This document shows positions 13,301-28,300 of a DNA stretch of 64,000 nucleotides, one piece after another. Within the stretch, counting starts at the first letter, position 1, and each line of letters opens with the position of its first letter. The translations under genes were made by a program, and so were the position numbers. The stretch is taken from contig CM075987.1 in the NCBI GenBank assembly GCA_038087875.1, positions 21,328,001-21,392,000 of the forward strand, in the 5' to 3' direction. A model generated the notes under the pieces. That model saw only the letters and a program-made list of their open reading frames with translations. It did no database searches and was not told the origin of the DNA. Origin of the DNA: Malacoraja senta (taxonomy: Eukaryota).

Positions 13301-16300
13301 GAAGGAAGATGTTATTTTACAGGCTGTTAATAGCATCCTTGTACTGTCACACCTCTTGGGATTTCAATGGGTTTCACAAAATAAAGTGTAGTAAGTTTTG
13401 TATCATCAAACACCACTTAAAACATGAACTGTTGGCTACATTCAAGTCTGGTAAGTCTGGTGTCTTGAATTGCATTGCTTGAGGGAAGAATGCAGGCTAC
13501 ATATCAACAGACTCAGTGACATTAAGCCTGTCTATACATTATGATTAAGGCAAGTCTTATTCTGTCCAATTCCATCAATTCTATTGGCATTCAGGAATCT
13601 ATCTTGGCCTTGAATACATGCAATTACTGAGCTTACACAGCTCTCCGAGGCAGATGAATCCTAATGGTGATTTATGTGTAAATTATAGGTTGAATTGAGA
13701 AAGAAAAATCATTTGCTGGAACAGCAAGAGGAGGAGCTAAACCTATCCAAGCAGTTGATTGAAGAGAAGGAGGAGGAATTAGCTGAAGTCACCAAGGAGC
13801 TTGTTGTTACTGAGCATAAGAATGAACTACTACAAAGGAGCATAGAAATGATGAAAGAGGACCAAGAAAATTCCCGGTACAAAGTGCTTCTTTTCTTCTG
13901 TATGATTTTGACCAACAATTTCTCCTCCATGCAACTTACCGCAATTGAGAGAACAGTCAATCTAGGCAATTACCATAGAAGGACCAGTATGGATTGGCTG
14001 ATGCATAATAAACATTATTTAACCTAGTAAATAATATTAGCAAAGAATGGCATTAAATTGAGTCTATTGAGAGTGTTGATAAAACCAAATGAATTGGAGT
14101 TCTGGATTCATTTTTAATCACTTTAACGAAAAATCTAAATAACCTCTATTAAAAAATTCTATAAAGGAGACTGACTGGGATTATGTGAAACTATATCTCC
14201 TAGATACTAGAGCTAGTTAAATGAGCCACATTTGACATTTTCTTACCATATTCTGGCCAATATGCGTCTCCAAATCCACAAGTGTTAATTCTCTTCTTTA
14301 TTCAGAGGTGACTGCGAATGGGCAATAATTTACCAACCATGCTATTGATACCCAATCTGATGAACAAATTAAATATCCCTCCCTTCCTGCTGAGTAATTA
14401 TTACTTTGTTCTCTTCGCTTCAAGACATCTTCTTGCACATAATGAGAATTACTGAAGTGCGTGTTGTTTTTCAAAGCTCAGAAAAAAAGCATTGGCGAAA
14501 AGGTGACACTGTGTTGAAAAAGCTGGTCGAGGCTGAAATGGATGCAGCTGCTGCAGCAAAACAGGTTGCAGCTCTACACAGCACTATCAGTAAGCTGGGC
14601 AGTGTAAGTATAACTTTTTCTTATCTTGGACCATGTAGGTTATTTTCTATGAGGAGATTTTTCCCTTTGCTGAAACATACTGGAAAGATTTGCTGAATTA
14701 CATGAAATATCTGTTGTTACATGGTGGTCTACCTTATGTGTAGATATGTTCCATTCAATTTTTGGAGTATTTGTACAAGACATCACCAATTGAATTGTTC
14801 TTTCCAGAAATTTTGACGCACTTGGTATTTTATCCTGAGACCAAGAGGAAAGTATCAAATAGCTAGTTTTGGGGGATAAATTTAAAGTTGAAACTACTAG
14901 TTCATTGATTTCCTAGGCAGTTTTGTCTTTTGCTGATTGTTGTGGACTGATGCAATGTGGTCTTGCACAATTACAAGATACACTGGAAGACCAAGGACAC
15001 TATAATGATTTAATGCTCTATAGAATAACACAAGATACTTAGTGTTATTCTATAGAGCATTAAATCATTATAGTGTCCTTGGTCTTCCAGTCTTAATACT
15101 TGAAGATATGTACCCCTGCGCTTTGGCTTAGGCTCTGTGCCCATAAACCCAGCGTGACCCTGTGTCCATCTTGTTGCTGTGCCAAGGATCTTGTTCAAAT
15201 TAGGAAATTGGAAGGGGGGTGTTAAACTGTTTGGGGCAAAGAGAGATATGGGATTGTCGGAGGGAATTCCAAGACTGAGAGATTAATTTTGAGGGTGTTT
15301 AATGAGGAAGATTGTTTACCTTCGGCTTTGCCTTCAAGAAAAGGGTGTGTGGGTGGGGGGGGGGGGTTGGATTTGATAAAAAATAATTATTACTGAAAAG
15401 AATGACAAAAAAGGAGGTGAAAGAGAAAATGTTTTTTTAATTAGGGAATAAATACTGGGATCCCAGCAGAAGAAAAGTGGACAGAAGTTTGGGTTTGGCT
15501 GAACATCCAAATAGAGGGTTTTTGTTGGATAGAAGTGTTTTTTTCAATGGGTTTTCCTGAAACTAGGAAATTGATGCCTGAAGAAATAGCTACTGTTTGT
15601 GAGGTACGGTACCAGAAGATGTGTATGGGAGCATAATACTGTAAATAACTAAGGAATCTTGGCCAAAACTATGGTACAGATCGAAGCGGCTCCTGGGGTT
15701 AATACTGGTTGTTGGAGGGGGTGGGTGGTGTGTAACGGATGGTATCAAATTATTTTTCCTCGAGAACTGAAATATCAGTAAGAGTTTGCAAAAATATTGG
15801 GTGCTAATGTGCAACTGGACTTTGTCAAGAAACAGTTGGAAACAGATAGAAAAGTTTGTCACTATTCAGTGCAGATGTGGAATGCTGTGTCAACGTGGAT
15901 AGGGCAAAAGAGAAACTGATTAATGGAATGATTTGTAATCCCAAAGAGGGTAGAGTACAAATTTCTCAATGGTCCCGTTTCTTAAAATTCTTCTCCAAAT
16001 TTGCAGTGTGCAACTGCAGTGCCTCAAAAGTTGTTTTTTTTCTCTGCATTAAGGAGAAGCAAATGTCAACTTCAGAATGTAACTTCTTAACACGTCAGAA
16101 GGAATTGCTATTGCAGAAATTGGAGACCTTTGACGCAACAAATCGAGCAGTTCGGGAGCTACTAAGAGAACAACATGCACAGGAGGTAAGAATTTGTCTG
16201 TGCTTGCATTGGTCAATTATTTTCCGTAGTTGTACTCAATTAGAAAAGCTTTCTCTTCTGGTTCACTTTTGTTGGAGTTGGGTCATTCTGTACATTTGAT

Positions 16301-19300
16301 AATAAATGTCCAAGGTAGCATTTTTTTTTGAGCCCTGGTACTGTGTAACTACTCTCAGTTTCAGGAAGATTTTTCATGGTCTAATCTCCACTTTTCTTTT
16401 AACCCAGGCTGATGCTTTGAGGCTATTCGAGCTAAAAGAAGTCCTCCTTGAAAAACTGGCTCAGTCAGAAGCAGAAAATGCGGTGAGAAGAACATATTGC
16501 AGTTGGTGATATTGTTTATGACAAAAGACCTTGACTGGTCTGAAGAAGGGTCTCAACCCGAAACATCACCCATTCCTTCTCTCCAGAGATACTGCCTGTC
16601 CTGCTGAGTTACTCCAGCATTTTGTGTCTATCACCATCTGTTTATGTTTTAGTTGTGCTTTCAGTAGTGGCTGGAATGGGTTAAAAAAAAATGTTTTTCC
16701 ATAACATCATTATTGTATAATTTTCCGAGTACTTATGTATGTGAGAAATCGGTTCAGTTGTGTTGTCTTCTGCACTCAAGTAGCTTTTCTTGGGGATGTA
16801 ATAACTATTTAGGAAAGATCAATATCTATGGATGAGATGGTGAAGATTGGCAAGAAAAATATGAACATTAATTTATAATTCATATTATAGAAAATCCCAA
16901 AATGATAAATTGACATGAGGCAAAAAAATCAGCATCAACAGTGAAAGGCTGATGAAACTGTTAGGTTTTAAGGAACTTTTTTGAAGGAATAGCGAGAAAT
17001 ATTCGGGGAATGAATACCAGAGGTTAGATTTGATATCGTGTAGTGGACATGATGGGAGTTGTGGAGAAGGGGTAATAATCAAGGAAGTGGGGAAGGTACA
17101 TGAGGCTAGAGTTGGTAGAATGCAGAATTCCTGGAGGGTAGTAGGATCAGAGGAGAAGCCAGATATGTGGCAGAAATGAGCTCTGAGGCCTTTTAATACA
17201 AATATGGGAATTTTAAACACAAGGTGTTGTGGACTAGGAGCCAAATCAGATCAGTGAGCAGTGAGTCACCGATAGATGTAGTGTGGGTTGGTATGTGCCG
17301 ACAAAACCTTATGGGATCAGGTTTTATGAAAAATATTTGATAGAGGCCTATCAGGCGAACCATAGTTGACTCTGGTTTACTCTAGATTTCAGCAGTGGAT
17401 GAACTAAGAGAAGAACAGAGTTGAGTGAAGTAATGCTGGTGGAATTAGGTGGTCTTTTCAATCAAAGACAATTTTATCAGCATAAAGTGAAAATGAAATG
17501 ACACCAGTTTTAAATGAAATCTGAAGGAGAATTCAAAATACCTTTAGAAGGATTATTGTGTGCTAACTAGAAGTATATTATTGAGAAATCTTTTGGATTC
17601 TTAAAATTACGAATTTTATTAAATTGTTTATTATTCCTTTTCAGCACCTGTTAGTGAAGCTACAGGAGATTGAACGCCGGACTGACCAGCTTCTTACTCA
17701 GTATCAAGCAGAAAAAGTAAGCAGAGATAAAAATAGAAATAAAATTACAAGCAATAAATTGAACTTACTGTCCCCATTTAATATAATAATAATAATAATA
17801 ATAATAGATTTATTTTATATAGCGCTTTTCAGGACTCAAAGTCGCTTTACAATTGAGAGTCAGGAATAAACAAAGGGACTAAGGGTATGCAGAGGTGAAG
17901 AGATGGGTCTTGAGGCGGGACTGGAAGATGGTGAGGGACTCAGAATTTCGGACCGGTTGTGGGAGGGAATTCCAGAGCCTGGGAGCTGCCCTGGAGAAGG
18001 CTCTGCCTCCAAAAGTGCAGAGGTTTGAATTCGGAGTGGAGAGGAGACCAGCTGATGTGGATCTGAGGGACCGTGAGGGTTGGTAGGGGGAGAGGAGGTC
18101 AATGAGATAAGGGGGGGCCAGGTTGTTGAGGGCTTTGTAGGTGAGGACACTGTTATATTCAGCCCTGTGTGTTAAAATGGTTGTGCATGCTAAATAATTT
18201 ATGCAGTTTCGTTCTCTTGCCTTTTGCTACATTTATATTCTGTATATGCAGCTCTCAGATGTTTTTTACATAGTTCCTTTCACTGATACACTCACATTTG
18301 TGTTGAAGAATTTCCTACTTTCATTTCCATTGAGTAAGGCTTTTTATTGGATATAAAAGCTCACTGAATTTGTTGAATAAATGTTGCCAAACATGTACAT
18401 GCAATGCAATTTCCATATCAAGTGAAAGCAACAAATTATTTGAACAAGATTTTCTTCACAATTTTAATAGTTTTGTTAATCAGCACATTTTTCGTGAGGT
18501 CTTGAGCTGGCAAATGGCCATTTTTAAGTTTCTGGTTTTGAAAATAGACAACCCTCAGTCATTGTCAGTGAACCTGTCAGATTCAATGGTAAAAGAAGAC
18601 CAATTCAGAATAGTTCGTTTTTTATGATCTTGGGTTTAATAAATTGCTTTGAGTTTGAATAATCGGGGCCTGGTGACAGTAGTACAATGGATAAACCTCA
18701 AGTGTTTTGGCCCTACTAATGTGCTGGTAGATGCACAGTAATCCCAGATTTTGCAGAAACTTGTCTATGTCTAATTATTATTTTGTTTTTGACTTGATAG
18801 GAATTCCTCCATTAAGTAATTTGATGTACTTAATGTAATTTAATTAAAAAGTAAATTTTAAGTAAAAAGTAATTTTTTTTGTTGTTGTTTTCTTTTGTCC
18901 TGTTTTAGTTACATTTTAGTTTATTGGGTTGTCTATGTGTGGGGTGGGGGGGTGAAACATGATTTTTGTCTCTTCCTTCAGGGGAGTGCGACTTTTTCTT
19001 GTCGTATCCCCCTTCTCTGCCTCCGTCTGCGCTGAGGCCAAAATGGCGGAGCTGCCGGCCTCCAACTCCAACTGCGACCGACCGACCTCGAGGCTCCGGA
19101 GGCAGAGCCAGGACTTACCAGCGCGGGGCTGGCCAACTTCGGGGCTGCAGTGGCGTTCCGGCGGTGGCGACCGAGGACGCTGGTGGCAACCTGAGTCCGG
19201 AGGCTCGGCCGCGGGCCCAGTGGACGACATCGTCGGGAGCTTGCAGGTCACAGGTGGGTGACCTGTTTTTCTGGGGCTCCCGCAACTACAGCTGCGTCCG

Positions 19301-22300
19301 CTGGACTGGAGGGCGGCAGCTTCGGCCACCCCGGGCCGCGGAGTTTGAACCGGCCCATCGCGGACGGAGCACGGATTCAGCCGCGGGATTGACTTACCAT
19401 CACCCGGCGGGGTCACAACGTCAGAAGCCTGGATCGCCTCAGCGCAGAGGAAGAACAAAGCGGGAAGAGACAGAGACTTTAAGACTTTTGCCTCCATCAC
19501 AGTGGGGAGGTGCCTGGTGAACTCACTGTGGTGGATGTTAATTTGTGTTTATTGTGTGTTTTGTTATTTATTATTATATGTATGACTGCAGGCAACGAAA
19601 TTTCGTTCAGACCGAAAGGTCTGAATGACAAATAAAGGAATCTCTCTAATGTATTGGAGAGATGAAATTAGAGACTGTTATAATGACAGAAGAGGAATGG
19701 TATTTTCTTGAGTAGAATAAAGTTTGAGATGTGATAAAGGTGTTTGACATCAAGAGAAATTTTTGAAAGATACATCAAGGAAAGCAATATTGATGAATTT
19801 GTGGTTAATGAGAATAAATATTTAGATCACCACAAAAATAATGATGGGAGATGTTAATGTAGTTAGTTTTTATATATCCTGACTCTGGGATTGTGTGGTT
19901 TAAAACTAAATTAAGTACAATAAATATTGATTATTTCCTGGTCTTCTATGATGGTTGTGTATTCAGCATAAAATACATTTCCAAAGTAGCTCTTTTAATA
20001 GACCATTTTAGAACCATGCATGTGAGTTGGCACAGCTACATCACAGTTCTGTTTCAATCAAAATGTCTTGTCTTTACGGAGGGAAATCATGTGAAGCTTT
20101 CAAATTCATAATGGATTATTGAGGCTAACTGGAGATTGTATTAGTGTCATGTTCTGTAACTTTTTTGTCCCCAAATTATTACTTCTTCGTCTTCCCACCA
20201 ATCAGCAAGATATTACTGAGATTTATGCCATTTTATTTCATCGTAAGATATAACCTGTTGTTTTACCAAATACTAAAACTAAATCATTGCATTGGTAAAC
20301 TGGCATTATAATTGATTTGTTACTCAGGAAAGAGCAATGAACTGTTTACTGAGCCACTTTCTTTCTTCCTCTTTAGGATAATGCTCACGCAGCAGCAGAG
20401 TTATCCAAATCACTTGAAAGCACTCGAGCCCATCTACAGGGACAGCTTCGCAGTAAAGAGGCAGAAAACAATCGTATGGCTGTGCAGATTAGGGTATTTC
20501 AATGTCTTTTCAAATTTTGATGTGACTAAACCAAAATACAAAACAAAATCTGGCTTGCCCCATGGGTATCCATGGATTTGACTTTCTATTACATATATAT
20601 TATTTTTTTTATTTGCTCAAGAGTAATTTATTAATTGTTAAGATGGGCACAATGACACCACCCAATGTTAACATTTATTTTGTGTCTAATTGCTGCTATA
20701 TTGTGTTGCTAGAAAATCTCTAATGGTATGAAGAAGGGTCTCGACCCGAAAAAAACACCCATTCCTTCTCTCCAGAGATGCTACCTGTCACTTCAGCTTT
20801 TTGTGCCTATCTAATGGTATTGGTCCCAGTCATAGGGTTCTTTTATTAAAGCACTGGAATCAGTGAGTCCTTTGATACATATTCAGTGAAAGGTTTATTC
20901 TCTGATAAATCTTATATGGCAGATACATGCGTGTATTCTTCACTGTTGCACTCCTGTCTAACTAAGCATCTAAATTGGTGCTTAAATGAAGGACTGAGAG
21001 GTTAGAGATACCACTTAGTGAAATAATCAGCTTTTGCCATAATTATATGCTCACGGCAGTGATATAGTAAAGTAAAGTAAACTTTATTGTCAATTCAAAT
21101 AATGCAACAAGTAGTTACACAGAGGATTGAAATTGCGTTTCCCCATACTCCAATGTGCAAGTAATATTTATAACACAGACAGACAATATACCAATATAGA
21201 TAGACAATGGACATATACATTATATAAAATATTCACAGTGTGCCAGAGTGTAGTAAAATTTTGAGGTATGTTATTAAGGTGCAATAATAAAAGGTGCAAT
21301 ATAGAAAAGTGCAAATAGCATACTGCAGACATTGAGTTAAAGTTAATTTGACAGTCAGTTGGTCTTTGTTTGTGTAATGTTCATGGAATTTTCTGGAGTG
21401 TGTTGAGTAGTCTGATGGCCTGAGGGAAAAAGCTGTTTTTGAATCTGGTGGTTTTGCTCCGCATGCTGCGGTAGCGCTTGCCGGATGGTAGGAGGGTGAA
21501 CAGTTTGTGTGCTGGGTGGGTGGTGTCTTTGATGATATTGGTTGCTCTCTTGCAACAGCGAGATGGGTATAAGTCCTGGATTGCTGGTTGGGGTGATCTA
21601 GTGATCTTCTCCGCTGTCCTCACCACTCTCTGTAGGGCCTTCTGGTCAGCAGCAGAGCAACTGCCATACCAGACTGAGAGACTGCTGGTAAGAATGCTCT
21701 CAATGGCACCCCTGTAAAAAGTGGTGAGGGCAGAAGGGGGGAGGTCGGCTCTCCTCATCCGTCGAAGGAAGTGGAGGCGTTGCTGTGCTTTCTTGACTAG
21801 GGAGATGGTGTTCGTGGACCATGTCTGATCATCTGTGATGTGCACTCCCAGGAACTTGGTGCTTTTCACAGACTCCACTGCACTGCCATTTATGGTGAGT
21901 GGGGTGTGTGCTGTCTGTTTCTTCCTGAAGTCCACAGTTATTTCTTTTGTTTTATTGACATTGAGTTGAAGGTTATTGATGTCACACCAGTTGATGAGTT
22001 GTTGTACCTCCTCTCTGTAGGCTGTTTGAACAGCAGCATGTTCTCCAAGTGTGTTGCCCTATATTGATCATCAAATTGAAAGACAATTGGAAGTGGTTTA
22101 AATCATCATTATTCTCATTGTTACTCTTGTAGAATTTCTGCTCATGCGAAATAGCTGCTATTTGTACCAACATCAATTAAATGCAAAACTAATTTATTGA
22201 AATTGTAATTGTTTAGGAGATTTTAAGGGATGCAACAACTTGCTATATATATAATGTGCATGTCATTTTTGGGCTACCTTTACATGTTCTGTTTTATATT

Positions 22301-25300
22301 TTATGGTCTCCAGCTGAAGTTTTCAATTTGTTCTAATATTACTCCTTCAGAATTTTGAGCGTACCATTGCGCAGCAGAAAGGGCAAGTGGACTACTTAAC
22401 AGAGCAATTAAGGTTGTTTCAAAACAAAGGGGACAGAGACAAAGAGGCCTTAAAGAAAGCCACAAAGGCTCAGAAACAACGAGCTGAACGCAGTGAAGAT
22501 GCAGTCGAGCTGCTCAATTCCCAGCTTGTTGGCAAGGTATTCAATTAGTATTGGGAAATAGAGTGGCATGGAATGTTGGCATCTAAAACTGAAATTGAAT
22601 AACACGTATATATTGAATTGGATTAATCATACCATGTACCTGGAGCAAATTATGAAAGGCAGAACTTTACGTCCTCCACACTGAAAGATAAATCTGAGCT
22701 GTCTAAAACTCTTTAGACATGTCAACTATGTACCCAAATAACTGTGCCAAGGAAGAAACCTCTTAGCTTTTTTAGAAAATAGGCTACATTGTAATTTTTG
22801 CTGTAGTATCTTTAACTTTATATTCCTTATTTAAAACAAGCAGTAATAAAATGTCACTTCCACTGTGAACCTTGTGTGGTTGGCTTGTTTATAGGAGACG
22901 CAGTTGGCAGATGCGCTGTCATCAGCTGAGACTTGGAGAAGTTGTTATAACAAGGTGATGAAAGAAAAGAGTCAACTGGAGATTGAGAACTCAATCGTGA
23001 ACAAGTAAGAAAGTTGAGAGCTTGAACAATTTGGGAGAAAATACAAACTTGGTATAATTTAGTATGATCGCACATTAACCATGATTAGTATTTTTAATTG
23101 TGAATTTGCACTGAGACTTTGCAATGTTCGTTTTAGAAAGATAGCAATTGTTTAGGGTATCTACTCGTGGCTTTCCCCAGGTTGGTACACTTCCTGGTAG
23201 AGCTTCCTTTTTCACTGTTTAAATATTTTTGAACAAATAAACCAGATTGTCTTAATATTCAGCTTATGAAATATTATGGGATACATTAGGACTCAAAGTT
23301 GCCTTAAAGTCTATTTTTAAAACACATTTTTGAAATGCGATTCTTATAAAACCATGTGATGCAAAACTGTGGTGAAGTAGAGATGCAGCTTGGTTTTATA
23401 TTGTGACCCTTTTATTTTCTGAAACAACCTTTGCAACACAGCTGTTGATATTCATTTATGAGGCATTGAATTTATTTGATGTGTTACAAACTCCCTTTCC
23501 TTAGCCAGATGATCTTCTTTGGCATTACAAGTTTTTCAAATGGACAGTAATGCAGGATATAAGGCGATAACAATACACTTAGTGGCTGCAAAGTGTAGCA
23601 AAAGCATAAACTAAATCTATTTGCAAAATGAATTTCAATTGACTAATTACATTGGCATTTTTTCATGTTGGCAACATATGAACAAAGATTGTGACCTGAA
23701 ATGAATTGTATGTGCAAAAGGAGAGCATGTGGACAGTATCTTTAAGGTAATAAGTTTTCTTCTGGCAGCCGTGTTACGGATCTACTGGATCAAACTCATA
23801 ATGTGGAGGATAAGGCTCGAGGAGACCTGGATTCACTCGTGGACAAACTCCACAAGATGTCCTCAGAAAGCACATCCATCAAAATAGAGAATGAGACAAT
23901 GAAGGTAAAGATTTTCTTGTTCAAAATTCTCCATTAACAGATATATAAAAGTCAACTGGCCAGGCAAATGTGGCAGGACCTAAATACCATCATGGGCTAA
24001 AGTTAAAATCATGGGTGATTTCTTGCAACAATGCAGTCTTCCTTTTAAACAACAAAGTTCTACCAAGGTGTCCTCTTCCATCTCGGTGGCAGATCTACTT
24101 TCATGAGGGTAAACTCTTGGAAAGCGATCAATCCAGATGGAGTCGATGGACAGTTCGTTACCCTCCATTTCACCAGAAACCTTACCTGGACCCCTTGCAT
24201 TGATTAAATGATCAAGGAGTGCATCATAGTTTTTACATTTTTATACAGCTGAGATGATTTGGCATGTCCACGAGGACTAGTATGACAACTGCTCTGCTTT
24301 TGATTGCCTGAACCCATAGAGATTGATGAACACTGCCCATGCCTGCACAAGCTTATCACTTCCTTCCATCTGGACTATCTTTGTAGTACATTGCATCAGG
24401 AAGGCTGGAAATATTGTCAAAGACACCTGTTACCCAGAGAAATCCCTTTTTTCTTTTTTCCATTTCGGGAGAATATATGGAAGGTTGAAAACCTGAACAT
24501 CCAGACAAAAAAACATCTTTCCCATGTTATGCTGCTGAACCAATTACCTATTTCACATCTCATTACCGGAGATGCTGCCACATGCAATTACTCTTGGCTC
24601 TTTCTCATTGGTTATTCCATTATTGCACTTTTTTGCACTACTTCAGATTAAACCACAATCTTTGCACTATTTTACTTTTGTTTTATTTATTGCTATATCT
24701 ATCATTGGCATACACTGTCTACTCTATAAGCTTGATGAAAAATGTCATAGCATCCTAGTATACATAGAACTCAGTCAACCATAAGGAACCTTATTAAAAG
24801 CCTTACTAAAATCCCTGTTCAACATCCACTACCCTACCTCTATCAATCTCATTCATCATCTCCCTAAAAAACTCAATTAAGTTAATTAATACATAACCTG
24901 CTGTGTACAAAGCTGTGATGTCTATCCCTAATTAGCCTACTCCTATTTGGAAGAGAGTGGGCTAATTAGGTATAGACAACACGGCTTTGTACGCAGCAGG
25001 TTGTGTATTAACTAACTTAAGAAAATGCTTCGAGAAAGGATTTCTGAAGTAAATCCTTTCTCGAAGCACTCTCTTCAATAGTTTTCCTACCACTGACGTG
25101 AGGCTAACTGGCCTATGTATAGTTCCCTGGATTCTCCCTACTTCCCTTTTTAAACAAAGGAACAATACTGGCCGCTCTCCGGTATTCCGGGATCTTGCCT
25201 GTGGCTAGAGAAAAAAATAAAGACCCCCGCAGTCTCCCCTCATGCCTCCCTCAATAACCCGGAATAGATCCCATCATGCCCTGGGGTCTTATCCACCTTC

Positions 25301-28300
25301 ATGCTCTTCAAGAGCCTCTGCAACACCACCTTCTTGATCTCAAACTGCCCCAGCTTATTTGTATTCTTCACATCGTTCTCCAATTCCTGTCCAATTCCTC
25401 CTCGGTGAATACAGATGCAAAGTACTCGTTTAGTATGCCGCCCGCCTACGTCCTCCGACTCCAAGCATAGATTCCCTCCTTTGTCCTTAATAATAGACTA
25501 ATCTAATCTACTCTGCAACAAAATTGCATCTAAAGGATGGGGAATATTATTTATGATTCATATCTATTATCTTAATTTATACTTGTGTAGAATAAACTAG
25601 ATTAATGATTCATATCTGATCTTGTTTCAATGATGTGTTTTGAGTTTGCATTTGAAAGACCTTCTTGGGATATAATGAGTCCCCTGAGTTACTCTAAGAT
25701 TAGATGTTGGGCAATATTGTGCATTATTCTGTAAGTGTGCAATCACTGTGCAATGTACCCAAGAGGATATTTTAAAGCAGACTAGAATGTTAAAATGATT
25801 AATTTGACATTTTTATTGCAATCACAGCAAAACCCCACATTGAATATTTTTTTATTTTCCAAACATATTTAGGCAAATATGAATGCTTTGGAGGAAAAGT
25901 TCATGTTTGCTCAGACTGAGATGCAACAACTAAAAGTCTCTATCAAACACTATGAAGGGCTGGTGGACAGTTACAAATCTCAGGTAAATAGTTGGGGATT
26001 TCAGAACATCTGAGAGTGTGTTTGACCAATTTGGTAGGCACAAATATTTTTTTGTAATTTTAGCCTATGATCCAACCTTTGGCACTCACGATTTTGGATG
26101 TTCTTCCAATGCAGATGGAATGTTAATTTTCTTTGTGTGGTTGCGTGAGAAGGCTTTTGTACAATATAAGAAGACGATAGTAAAAATGAACATTAAATGT
26201 GAATTAAAATTACTTTACAATCCCTGTGGTTAATCATTGAGGGAGGTGTACATTGACAATGCTGACAAAATATTCAACAGCTTCATTATAGGGATTTTGA
26301 ATATAATTGAAAAGTGGGTATTTTTTCAAATCTTTTCACATTTTTTCAAAGTTTGTCAAATTTTGCATTTCACTATTTTAAAATTCCAATGTAATAAAAT
26401 TCTTGTCAATGGATCTAGGTGATAAAGACACGTTTGGAGGCAGATGATTACAATATAAAGCTGGAGAAGGCAGAGAGGGAGAACAAATTACTGAAAGATG
26501 AAGTGAATATCGAAATTGACCAGGTGACCACTAGTTGTGAAGTAGGAAACAATTCCCTTATGCTAGCAGCTATTATTTATATTTTAAAATTCTCCACTGG
26601 CCCTTCAACTGGAGATAGAAAGGGAAACAGAATGGTGTCTATAACTGCGGCTATTTTGAAATGTGGCTTTGAAAGTTTGAGTAGTTCAATTACCGTTCTA
26701 TTTCGCTAGAGTTTAACGGAAATAATACATTTTGGAAAGAAAAATGTTTTGTGAAAAGTCATTTGATATTATTAAAGATAAATCTACATGGCATTAATTT
26801 GATGACCAAAAGGCTTATTTTATCGATTCAACTCCTTCACTTTTCTCTTTCCCCTTTGTTAACAATGAATTTCATTGCACTGGAGTGCATGTGACAAACT
26901 AACCTGAATCTGACTTGCATTAGATCAGAGAACTATTTTGTATGTTAGTCTGGCAGGGTAAAATATTTCCAGTTTTAGGATGCAGCTTTAGTGGGGTCTG
27001 GCGACATCCTTCTTGTCAGATGACTCGGTTAATTACTGGATGAATGTACCTGGGGAACAATAGGACATTTTTTTTCAAATGTTTATGGTATTAACATTTT
27101 GGTTTACAGCAATGAATATACTTTTGACGGTCTCTTTGATATCTGTATTTCTGCTGCAGGTGCGTAGACAAATGCAGAAAAAACTGAGTGATCTCGAACC
27201 TGTTCCTGAGTTGTTGAAGTTAACTGAACATAAACTACAGGACTGCCAGCAACAGCTGGCCATGTACGAGAAGAAAAATGTGGATCAGTCCTCCATTATA
27301 TGTGATCTCAGGATGGAGGTTTGGAAATTCTGTCTATGTAGCTTTTTATGTTAAATACAGCGATTAACTGAATGTAAAAGATTCTATATTAATGACAGTC
27401 AACAACTCTAAATTAATTTATGTTGTATCATGTGAGAGTTTGCTGTTTGTAAAATAGCTTTTATGTCTACTTACATAAGTCATTTGTGAAACATGGGATG
27501 CAAGGTTTTAAACAAAACAACTAAAGTGTGTGATTAATAACTCACTACAAAAACCAGAAAGCTCTAGCAGTTGTCTCAATTTATTCCTTGCCTCTAGTTT
27601 GACACATGTCTCGTTGACTATTGTATTTACTAAATGTATGTGGATGAGGAGCTTCCAATGGGATAGCCAGTATAAATCGGTTGAGGTTAAACTTTTTTTT
27701 TTGGCAGTGGTGACTAGCTTTCATTTTTTGTGTTTTCAACAAAAACAGCAGTTGGAAAATAACACGTGCTTCTGGTTCTCTCCTCTTACGAACATTCAAA
27801 TGTCTACATAGTTTTCCTCTTCCTTTGTTCATCCCTCCCATTACCTTCCACCACCTGGTTACATCTGCTCATCTGGTTCCACTTGTCCCCTACCTGCCTC
27901 TATCCCATCCTCTGTCTGATCCCATGATCAGTCTGAAGAAGGTTCTCGACCCGAAACGTCACCCATTCCTTCTCTCCAGAGATGCTGCCTGAGATACTCC
28001 AGCATTTTGTATCTACCGTCTATCCCATCCTCCTTTGTCCTGCTATATGATGACAATCTTTCCTGTTCGTCTTCCGTTCTGATGCGTGATCTCTGCCTGA
28101 AATGTTGACTTACACATTATCCTCTCTCTCTCTATCCCACCCCCACCCAAGTCGCATTAGCTTCTCATTTTCACTCTACAAACAGCTTACAATGGCCTGT
28201 TGCTTTATCTTTGTTACTTTTTTGCATATCTTTCATTCATTGTTCTTTATGTCTCCACATCACTGTCTATATCTCTCATTTCCCTTATCCCTAACCAGTC

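Noticed and set aside
18916-19520. Long overlapping ORFs (194, 184 and 100 aa)
   Set aside because: Stop-poor GC-rich repeat inside an intron; no recognisable domain or splice context.
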